Source of the DNA: Coriobacteriia bacterium
GTDB lineage: Bacteria; Actinomycetota; Coriobacteriia; Anaerosomatales; PHET01
Reading direction: 5' to 3'
NCBI GenBank assembly: GCA_038202795.1
Contig: JBBREQ010000001.1
Span: 1-56,876, forward strand
DNA: 56,876 bases
Both the position numbers and the translations under genes were made by a program. Position 1 is the first letter of the stretch. Each line of letters starts with the position of its first letter. Shown here one piece after another: positions 8,888-15,510 of this stretch. Below the pieces are notes generated by a model. The model was not told the origin of the DNA and made no database searches. It was given only the letters and a program-made list of their open reading frames with translations.

Positions 8888-10096
8888 GTGAGCGTCACCA
8901 CCACTGTCATGGCAGGCAACGAAGCCGCTGCCACCGCCGCCAAGCTCGCGCGCGTACAAGTCATTGCGGCGTACCCCATCACGCCGCAGACCTCCGTTGT
9001 CGAGCAGCTGTCCGCGTGGGTCGAGTCCGGTGAGCTGCCCGCCGAGTTCGTGACCGTCGAGTCCGAGCACTCGGCCCTGACCGTCTGCATCACCGCTTCC
9101 ACGGTGGGCGCGCGGGTCTTCACCGCCACCAGTGCCAACGGCCTCGCCTACATGACCGAGCAGGTCTGGTGGGCCGCAGGCGCCCGCTTGCCCATCGTCA
9201 TGTGCATCGCCAACCGGGCGATGGCCGCGCCATGGAACGTGCTCAACGACCAGCAGGATTCGATGAGCGTGCGCGATGCCGGCTGGATTCAGCTCTACTG
9301 CCGAGACAACCAAGAGATTCTCGATACCACCATCCAGGCCTATCGCATCGCCGAGCAGCTCAACGTGCCCGTGATGGTCTGCTACGACGGCTTCTTGCTC
9401 TCGCACACCATGATGCCCGTCGAGATACCTGCTGCCGAGACGGTCGACGCGTTCCTGCCGGCGCGGGTGCCGCTCACGATCGTAGACCCCGCCGACCCGC
9501 GTAACATCGGTCCCGTCACGCTCGCGGATCCACGCGTTGATGCGCAGGGGGTGAGTTGTCACGGCTACATGGAGATCCGCGCGCTGCACCACCAAGCGGT
9601 GCTTGACGCCCTGAAAGTCATTCCGGCGGTCGACGCTGAGTGGTCGGAGGCGACCGGTCGCGCATGGGGTGGCCTGACGTGGGAGCACCTGCTCGATGAC
9701 GCGGAGGTCGTGCTGGTTGCCGCAGGCTCGCTCGGCGTGCAGCTTACGGTCGCAGCCGAGCAGCTGCGCGAGCGGGGATTGAACGTCGGGGTCCTCGGCA
9801 TACGAGCGTATCGGCCGTTCCCGGCGGACGCCCTGCGGGGGAAGCTTGCCGGACGCCGTCTCGTCCTCGTGTTCGACAAGGCGCTCAGCTACGGCAACGA
9901 AGGTCCGATCTGCGGGGACATCAAGGCGACCATGAGCGGGCGACCGGGCGCGCCGACGGTATTCGGTGCCGTATGCGGGCTCGGGGGTCGCGACGTGAGC
10001 GTTGAGCACCTAGTGGACGCCGCTTTGCGCGCGATCGCTGACCGCGAGGATGGCGTCACCGACCGTCCGGCCGACTGGCTGAACCTACATCTGTAA
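8888..10096 (+). CDS. 2-oxoacid:ferredoxin oxidoreductase, alpha subunit
   Basis: GTG follows GAGGAG. MAGNEAAATAAKLARVQVIAAYPITPQT... is a typical alpha-subunit N-terminus. 402 aa. Confidence 0.9.
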   Translation: MSVTTTVMAGNEAAATAAKLARVQVIAAYPITPQTSVVEQLSAWVESGELPAEFVTVESEHSALTVCITASTVGARVFTATSANGLAYMTEQVWWAAGARLPIVMCIANRAMAAPWNVLNDQQDSMSVRDAGWIQLYCRDNQEILDTTIQAYRIAEQLNVPVMVCYDGFLLSHTMMPVEIPAAETVDAFLPARVPLTIVDPADPRNIGPVTLADPRVDAQGVSCHGYMEIRALHHQAVLDALKVIPAVDAEWSEATGRAWGGLTWEHLLDDAEVVLVAAGSLGVQLTVAAEQLRERGLNVGVLGIRAYRPFPADALRGKLAGRRLVLVFDKALSYGNEGPICGDIKATMSGRPGAPTVFGAVCGLGGRDVSVEHLVDAALRAIADREDGVTDRPADWLNLHL

Positions 10097-10108
10097 AGGC
10101 GACAGCTC

Positions 10109-11005
10109 ATGACCAAGATCATCGACCTTCCCGATACGCACTACGTCCTGCCAGGCAACCGCGCGTGTGCCGGATGTGGCATCGGGATTGGACTGCGCCA
10201 GATAACCGCCGCCCTCGAGGGCCAGATGGTCATGGCTGTCCCGGCTAGTTGCCTCACGGTGTTTGGCGGCATGTACCCGGTCTCCTCGGTAAAGGTGCCT
10301 TGGGTCAACGTCGCATTCCCCTCGACGGCCGCTGCCGCCTCGGGGCTGGCTGCAGGTCTGCGCGCGATAGGCAAGGCAGATGCGATGACGGTGCTCGCGA
10401 TGGCGGGCGATGGTGGCACGGGCGACATCGGCATTCAGGCGCTCTCGGGCGCCGCCGAGCGCAACGACGATTTCATCTACCTGTGCTACGACAACGAGGC
10501 GTACATGAATACCGGCACGCAGCGCTCGGGCCTCACGCCCTCTGGCGCGCGCACCACCACCACGTGGTCCGGCAAGCGCGAGAACCCCAAGGACCTGCCC
10601 GCGATCATGGAGGCGCACAACATCCCCTACGTCGGCTCGACCAGCGCGGTCTTCCCCGAGGATGTCTACGACAAGGTCGCCAAAGCGCGCGCCATCCATG
10701 GCCTGCGCTACATCCATATGAACACGCCGTGCCCCTCAGGCTGGTCGTTCGACCCCAAGGACACCGTGAAGTTGGGCAAGATGGCCGTCGACGCGGGCGT
10801 CGTCGTGCTCTATGAGGTCGTGGACGGCGAGTTCCGTCTCACCGGCCGCAGCAAGGCGCTCGTGAAGGTAGGCCTCAGGGCGACGGTCGCCGAGTACGTC
10901 GCGACACAAGGCCGCTTCAAGGGCATGACCGCCGAGACGACCGCTGCGGTCCAGGACTGGGTCGACACCCGCTGGGCGCGCTACGTCGCGCGCGACGCGA
11001 GCTAG
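10109..11005 (+). CDS. 2-oxoacid:ferredoxin oxidoreductase, beta subunit (TPP-binding)
   Basis: N-terminal CAGCG motif and TPP motif GDGGTGDIG...YDNEAYMNTG. Confidence 0.9.
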   Translation: MTKIIDLPDTHYVLPGNRACAGCGIGIGLRQITAALEGQMVMAVPASCLTVFGGMYPVSSVKVPWVNVAFPSTAAAASGLAAGLRAIGKADAMTVLAMAGDGGTGDIGIQALSGAAERNDDFIYLCYDNEAYMNTGTQRSGLTPSGARTTTTWSGKRENPKDLPAIMEAHNIPYVGSTSAVFPEDVYDKVAKARAIHGLRYIHMNTPCPSGWSFDPKDTVKLGKMAVDAGVVVLYEVVDGEFRLTGRSKALVKVGLRATVAEYVATQGRFKGMTAETTAAVQDWVDTRWARYVARDAS

Positions 11006-11159
11006 CACCTCTCGGTCTGCGCTTCGCGACGTCCGCCACACTCGAGCTCGGCGGCCCTTTTTCATCGCCGCGCCTCGCTGTGGGCATATACCTGTCAGAT
11101 GTATCCGTCTTGGGCGGTGGCCTGACACTGCGCTCAGGGCATGCGAGAAAGGCGATTCA

Positions 11160-12554
11160 ATGCCGACACAAGTGTCTTCTCCACCGCTACTTGCTGCAGG
11201 GTCGCGTGTAGTGGTCGTAGTCTCGAGCGGTCCGCCTACCATCAGGCTGGGCGCCTATGTGGGCATGCCCGAACTCGTGGGCGTGCCCCAAGGCAGGGCG
11301 CTGACTCTGATCCAGGAGGCTGGTCTGTCGTCGCAGGTGTTCAACGATTACAGCGATGTGCACAAGCGCGGTGACGTGATCGGGCAGCTGCCTGCAGGCG
11401 GGGGCGGAGTCGCATCAGGGGCAGAATCGGTGTTGCTCGTCTCCAGCGGGAGCTCGGGCACCCCCCTGCGTGAACAGGTACTGCCGGAGGTGGTGGGCAA
11501 GCCGGAGGCCGAGGCTGTCTCGGCGCTCCAGAGTGCGGGCTTCTCGCCGCAGTTGGTTCGGCAACCCAGCGACACCGTGCCCGCCGGCGTAGTGAGCGCG
11601 CAACTGCCAAGCCGGGCATCTCTGGCGGTCGCTCCCACAAAGAAGAGCATGCCCTGGTGGCTGTGGGCGCTCGTGGCGTTCGCGCTGGTCGCCGTAGGCG
11701 CGGTCGCCTACTTCGCGATGAGCGGCGAGACGACCGTGGTGCCCGATGTCATCGGTCTCACCCAAGAGGGAGCGGTCACGTCCCTAGAGGCAGCGGGCCT
11801 CGTTGCCGAGGTGATTGCCGTCGAACTCGCGGAGGGCGGAGAGATCGGCGCCGTCCTGAAGCAGGACCCGGCAGCGGGCGCAGAAGTAAACCGAGGCAGC
11901 GTCGTGAAGCTTGAGGTTCCTTCCACGGAGAAGCTGGTCGAAGTGCCTGATGTGCGAGGCGAGAACCAGGCAGACGCGACCCGAGCGCTCGAGGACGCTG
12001 GGTTCAAAGTCGCTGTCACTCGTAGAGAGAGCAACTCGGTGGACACCGGTCTGGTCATCGAGCAGGCGCCTGCGGGCGGCCAGGGCGCGACAGCCCAGTC
12101 AACCGTTGAGATCGTGATCTCGAGCGGCCCCGCGCAAGAGCTCGTCAAGGTCCCCGACGTCGAGGGACTCGCCTCAGCTGATGCCCAGACAGCGCTGACC
12201 GACCTAGGGCTCAAAGTAGTGATCGCCCAGAATCCCAGCACGCAGGTTGCAGCGGGCATCGTGATCTCGCAACTGCCTGCGGTCGGGGACACGGTGGCCC
12301 CCGGCACGAGTGTGGGCATTGTGGTCTCCACGGGACCAGCAGCTACCACCGACGAGGTGGAGGCACCCAACGTAGTGGGCGTGACGCTGGCTGAGGCGCA
12401 GCAAGTCATGACCGATGCCGGGCTTGAGGCGATTCCCGTCCCATCGACCGGCAGCGGCAGGCCTGCCAACGAGGTAGTGGCGCAGACCCCCGAGGCTGGA
12501 GCTAGCGTGCAGAAGGGAAGCGGAGTGGTGCTGTTCTACTCATCCGGACAGTAG
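11160..12554 (+). CDS. PASTA-repeat membrane protein (no kinase or PBP domain)
   Basis: Six PASTA-like repeats (e.g. VPDVIGLTQEGAVTSLEAAGL, VPDVRGENQADATRALEDAGF, VPDVEGLASADAQTALTDLGL). A single TM helix (WWLWALVAFALVAVGAVAYFAM, about 11655..11722) lies between repeats 2 and 3. Confidence 0.8.
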   Translation: MPTQVSSPPLLAAGSRVVVVVSSGPPTIRLGAYVGMPELVGVPQGRALTLIQEAGLSSQVFNDYSDVHKRGDVIGQLPAGGGGVASGAESVLLVSSGSSGTPLREQVLPEVVGKPEAEAVSALQSAGFSPQLVRQPSDTVPAGVVSAQLPSRASLAVAPTKKSMPWWLWALVAFALVAVGAVAYFAMSGETTVVPDVIGLTQEGAVTSLEAAGLVAEVIAVELAEGGEIGAVLKQDPAAGAEVNRGSVVKLEVPSTEKLVEVPDVRGENQADATRALEDAGFKVAVTRRESNSVDTGLVIEQAPAGGQGATAQSTVEIVISSGPAQELVKVPDVEGLASADAQTALTDLGLKVVIAQNPSTQVAAGIVISQLPAVGDTVAPGTSVGIVVSTGPAATTDEVEAPNVVGVTLAEAQQVMTDAGLEAIPVPSTGSGRPANEVVAQTPEAGASVQKGSGVVLFYSSGQ

Positions 12555-12588
12555 CGCGTGATAGGGCCGCCAACCACGTCAGCGGAGT

Positions 12589-12617
12589 TTGACCCGGCGG
12601 TGGCGAGTCGTTACCAT
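12589..12617 (+). promoter_or_regulatory. Possible promoter for tRNA-Phe
   Basis: TTGACC (12589..12594), 17-nt spacer, TACCAT (12612..12617). It lies about 18 nt upstream of the tRNA. Confidence 0.35.
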
Positions 12618-12634
12618 ACAACGGCACCACCCAC

Positions 12635-12710
12635 GGCCAGGTAGCTCAGTTGGTAGAGCAGGGGACTGAAAATTCCCGTGTCGGCGGTTCAAGTCCGTCT
12701 CTGGCCACCA
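12635..12710 (+). tRNA. tRNA-Phe (anticodon GAA), CCA encoded
   Basis: Acceptor GGCCAGG/TCTGGCC; anticodon stem GGGGA/TTCCC with loop CTGAAAA; T-loop TTCAAGT; 3' ACCA. Confidence 0.95.
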
Positions 12711-12720
12711 TCGATTTCTC

Positions 12721-12755
12721 GGGAAGCCTCGCCCTAGCGGCGGGGCTTCCCTTCT
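12721..12755 (+). terminator. Terminator-like hairpin after tRNA-Phe
   Basis: GGGAAGCC ... GGCTTCCC stem, followed by ttct. Confidence 0.45.
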
Positions 12756-12838
12756 ACGTGGCGTATGAAAACCCCTTCTGCCCGAGTGCGGCGGGGTTTG
12801 CCTGTTCCGTTGGATGGGTATCTACCGTTTGTACCAAA

Positions 12839-12860
12839 GCTAGCTAAGGCTAGCTAAGGT
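12839..12860. repeat. Perfect tandem duplication of a 10-bp unit
   Basis: GCTAGCTAAG GCTAGCTAAG. It places stop codons in all six frames. A CCGAGG-N4-CCGAGG direct repeat follows immediately (12864..12879). Confidence 0.6.
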
Positions 12861-12895
12861 GTAGCCGAGGATAACCGAGGCAGAAAGGCGGTCGG

Positions 12896-13339
12896 ATGCC
12901 CGAATTCGTGAATATTCCCGTTCCCTCTGACCGAGTCCGAGAAGTTTACGAACTCCTGGCCCGACGGCCCGCCAGACTGTCAGCAGCTCCCCAACTCGGC
13001 GAGGAAGGCTACCCCGAAGGCTGGACTCGGGTGCTGGTCGATCGAATGTTCGTTGAATCATCGGGCGCCATGAGGCGAATTCTGAGTGCGATTGCGCACG
13101 AGTCGCCCGCTTGGGTCACTACAGCCCAAATCGCAGCGGCGTCGGCGCTGACCGCTCGGCAGGTGGTCGCTTCGCTCGGGCCGTTCGAGAAGCGTTGCCG
13201 CGGACGGTACGGGATGAGCCATTGGCCTTTCGCGGCTCGTGAGTTCGTCGACGCGGGCGTTCTCAAGTACTCGATGTCGCTGGAGACGGCGAAAAGGGTT
13301 CTCGAACTCAATACGGAGTTCGAGCCAGCGGAAACGTAG
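12896..13339 (+). CDS. Hypothetical protein
   Basis: 147-aa ORF with RBS GAAAGG. No motif I can name; possibly winged-helix-like. Confidence 0.5.
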   Translation: MPEFVNIPVPSDRVREVYELLARRPARLSAAPQLGEEGYPEGWTRVLVDRMFVESSGAMRRILSAIAHESPAWVTTAQIAAASALTARQVVASLGPFEKRCRGRYGMSHWPFAAREFVDAGVLKYSMSLETAKRVLELNTEFEPAET

Positions 13340-13348
13340 GTGATAGCG

Positions 13349-13492
13349 ATGTTGTGGACCATCATTGTGATTCTGGTCGTACTGTGGCTACTCGGCTTCA
13401 GCTTTCAGATCGGCGGAGGCCTGATCCATCTGCTGCTGGTAGTAGCGCTGGTGGTGCTGGTGTTCAACCTGATATCGGGCCGTCGCTCTTAA
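13349..13492 (+). CDS. lmo0937-family small membrane protein (47 aa, absent from the ORF track)
   Basis: Hand translation: MLWTIIVILVVLWLLGFSFQIGGGLIHLLLVVALVVLVFNLISGRRS. It matches the conserved MLWTIIVIL...GGGLIHLLLV pattern of this family. Confidence 0.75.
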   Translation: MLWTIIVILVVLWLLGFSFQIGGGLIHLLLVVALVVLVFNLISGRRS

Positions 13493-13621
13493 GCGAAGCA
13501 ACGATGCAAACCGAGTGACCGCCGAAGGAGGCGAGGCAAGGCAAGTGACAAGGTCAAGGACGTCATCAAGCCGAAGTCATAACAATCGTCCGTAGTCGGA
13601 CGTACAGGAGGGTGAAGTGCC

Positions 13622-14029
13622 ATGGCTAACACAAGTGCGACTTCGTCAGGCAGTAAGAGTCAAGTCCATACCGAGGTTCGTGCACCGATCGAAGCGGTGC
13701 TGACGCGCGTGACGTGGTTCGTGTTCGGTTTCATCGAGGTGTTGCTCGGGATACGTTTCGTCTTGCAGCTCTTCGGCGCGAACGCCGAGGCCGGCTTCGT
13801 GCGGATGATCTACGGCGTGACCGACATCTTCATGGCTCCGTTTGCTGCGATCTTCAGCACCCAGCGCGTATCGGAAGTCACTTTCGAGTGGAGCGCGCTC
13901 GTCGCGATCGCAGTCTACGCACTGATCGCGTGGGGCATCACCGCCCTGATCAGTGCTGTGAATCCACGCGATCGCTCAGAAACCGTAGAGCGGGTCGTGC
14001 AGGACGAAGATGTAACAGCCGCTCGCTAG
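13622..14029 (+). CDS. YggT-like integral membrane protein
   Basis: RBS CAGGAGGG. The 135-aa sequence VTWFVFGFIEVLLGIRFVLQLFGAN...DIFMAPF resembles the YGGT repeat. Confidence 0.6.
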   Translation: MANTSATSSGSKSQVHTEVRAPIEAVLTRVTWFVFGFIEVLLGIRFVLQLFGANAEAGFVRMIYGVTDIFMAPFAAIFSTQRVSEVTFEWSALVAIAVYALIAWGITALISAVNPRDRSETVERVVQDEDVTAAR

Positions 14030-14067
14030 CCAAGGGCATGCCTGGGCATGCAGCGATTGGGGCATTC

Positions 14068-14469
14068 ATGGACAACAGCAACCCGCTTCGTGACGAGGCG
14101 GACATCCTGCTGGCAGCGCAAGAGAAGGCCGAGGCCGTCTTGCAGGGAGTGCAGCAGAAGCCCGAGGAAGTCCTGCTAGCGGCCCGGCAGAAGGCCGAGA
14201 GGGTTCTGCTGGCAGCGCAGCGCAAGGCGGAGGACGTTTTGCTGGCGGCAGAGGACAACGTGCGCAAGGGCCTTCCGGAGCTGCCTGAGGCTGAACGCCT
14301 GATTCGCGCCGAGGTCGCAGCGGATGCGTTGCGAGATGTCCGCAGGGCTGCAGCAGATGCCCTGCGAGAGGTCGAGGGCACTGCCGCAGATGTTCTGTTG
14401 GCGGCACAGCGGGAGGCAGCGGCAATACTACTTGACGCCCGGATGCGCGTACTGGACGCACGGGAGTAG
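14068..14469 (+). CDS. Hypothetical alpha-helical repeat protein
   Basis: In-frame ATG within track ORF 13714..14469. Iterated motif (D/E)VLLAAQxKAE: ADILLAAQEKAEAVL, EEVLLAARQKAERVLLAAQRKAEDVLLAAED, ADVLLAAQREAAAILLDAR. Confidence 0.6.
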   Translation: MDNSNPLRDEADILLAAQEKAEAVLQGVQQKPEEVLLAARQKAERVLLAAQRKAEDVLLAAEDNVRKGLPELPEAERLIRAEVAADALRDVRRAAADALREVEGTAADVLLAAQREAAAILLDARMRVLDARE

Positions 14470-14474
14470 ACAGC

Positions 14475-14544
14475 AGCCCGGCGTCGATTCGCCGGCTTTG
14501 GACCACCCTCGAAGAGGCCAGACCGACCTCTTCGAGGGTGGTCC
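14475..14544 (+). terminator. Two tandem hairpins after the repeat-protein gene
   Basis: First: AGCC(C)GGCG/CGCCGGCT + ttt. Second: a perfect 18-bp stem GGACCACCCTCGAAGAGG / CCTCTTCGAGGGTGGTCC (14500..14544) with a 9-nt loop. Confidence 0.6.
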
Positions 14545-14545
14545 T

Positions 14546-14779
14546 GTGCGGGGGCTGGCGTTGCTGCGCACGGGAGGCTTCGGGGGCGTGATCACTCAGA
14601 AACAGGGATCCTGGTCGGCCACCTACACCGCCAAGGCATCCAACATCAGTGGGGGCTCGCGATACACCGCGAGGGTCAAGCTTCCCTCAACGGGCAGGTG
14701 GCGGGTTCGGGCAGTTCATGCCGAGGATTCGCTGAACGCCAAGACCCACTCGAGCTACGGCTATGTGACAGTGAAGTAG
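14546..14779 (+). pseudogene. 3' remnant of a surface-protein gene (C-terminal ...YVTVK module only)
   Basis: The frame of track ORF 14324..14779 gives ...QKQGSWSATYTAKASNISGGSRYTARVKLPSTGRWRVRAVHAEDSLNAKTHSSYGYVTVK. This aligns with the last ~65 aa of the 18075..20855 protein (...AKASNYLSYTKYAGSLRLSSKGVWQLRAY...SDYVTVK). There is no plausible start, and it begins right after a terminator hairpin. Confidence 0.5.
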
Positions 14780-14835
14780 ACGCACTGCTCCTCAGTCGTT
14801 TGACTCCAGGCGCCTCAAGTTCTAGTGTGGTTCAC

Positions 14836-14857
14836 AGTAGTTCGAAAGAATTCGAAC
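14836..14857. promoter_or_regulatory. Candidate ArsR operator, copy 1
   Basis: AGTAGTTCGAAAGAATTCGAAC contains the perfect inverted repeat GTTCGAA-N4-TTCGAAC. It lies 12 nt upstream of the arsR-like start. Confidence 0.5.
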
Positions 14858-14868
14858 AAGGAGCGACC

Positions 14869-15186
14869 GTGACTACCGTGACACGGGCAAGCGCAACGGA
14901 TCTGGATGCTGTGTTCAAGGCGCTTGCGTCTTCGCATCGCCGCGAGATACTCCGGATGCTGAGCGTTGCTGAGTGCGATGGCGGCAAGACCTGTTGCGCG
15001 GCCCAGGAAGTGTGTGCCTGCAAGATCTCGGATCACTTGGGTCTGTCACCTTCGACGACGTCCCACCACATGTCGGTGCTTCGGGATGCTGGACTGGTGT
15101 CGGGTCGCAAGGAGGGGCTGTGGACGTACTACGCACTTCGGCGTGAGGTGTTGTCCGCGGCTGCTGAGGCGCTGACCAGCCTCTAG
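14869..15186 (+). CDS. ArsR/SmtB family metalloregulator
   Basis: GTG at 14869 follows AAGGAG. HRREILRML...EVCACKISDHLGLSPSTTSHHMSVLRDAGLV is an ELCVC-type motif plus HTH. Confidence 0.85.
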   Translation: MTTVTRASATDLDAVFKALASSHRREILRMLSVAECDGGKTCCAAQEVCACKISDHLGLSPSTTSHHMSVLRDAGLVSGRKEGLWTYYALRREVLSAAAEALTSL

Positions 15187-15226
15187 GACTGCCGGGCGGG
15201 CCTGGGGCTCGCCTCTCTTGTGATCA

Positions 15227-15248
15227 AGTAGTTCGAAGGACTTCGACG
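15227..15248. promoter_or_regulatory. Candidate ArsR operator, copy 2
   Basis: AGTAGTTCGAAGGACTTCGACG is 18/22 identical to copy 1. It sits upstream of the thioredoxin-like gene. Confidence 0.5.
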
Positions 15249-15264
15249 TAGAAGGAGCGGCAGC

Positions 15265-15504
15265 ATGATGGAGATCAAGGTACTCGGACCAGGATGCGCC
15301 AACTGCAACAGGCTCGAACAAGCCACTCGCGAGGCGGTCCAGAAAGCGGGCCTCGAAGCCTCGATCGAGAAGGTGAGCGAACTGCAGGAGATCATGGGCT
15401 ACGGAGTCATGTCGACTCCCGCCTTGGTCGTCAACGGTGAACTTCGGCTTGCCGGCCGTGTGCCGTCTGTCGACGACCTTGTCGCACTGCTCAAGAGGGG
15501 CTAG
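15265..15504 (+). CDS. Small thioredoxin-fold protein (redox-active disulfide protein 2 / TM0996-MTH895-like)
   Basis: 79 aa: MMEIKVLGPGCANCNRLE...MSTPALVVNGE. It has a CxxC near the N-terminus and the typical family length. Confidence 0.85.
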   Translation: MMEIKVLGPGCANCNRLEQATREAVQKAGLEASIEKVSELQEIMGYGVMSTPALVVNGELRLAGRVPSVDDLVALLKRG

Positions 15505-15510
15505 GCGGTC

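Noticed and set aside
8609-10009. 466-aa ORF on the minus strand
   Set aside because: Antisense to the OFOR alpha subunit gene; a shadow ORF.
13493-13582. Possible remnant of a CsbD-like gene (frame reads ...GKASDKVKDVIKPKS*)
   Set aside because: The similarity covers only about 15 residues. There is no start codon in frame, and the frame is closed just upstream by the lmo0937-family stop. This is too weak to call.
13714-14067. Upstream part of the 251-aa track ORF 13714..14469
   Set aside because: It overlaps the YggT-like gene out of frame and translates to Arg-rich low complexity. Only the portion from ATG 14068 (helical repeat protein) looks genuine.
12711-14800. Integrated genomic island or prophage remnant at tRNA-Phe
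   Set aside because: No integrase, recombinase or transposase is present. I could not find a direct repeat of the tRNA-Phe 3' end downstream. I kept only the weaker statement that this is a small accessory-looking cluster.
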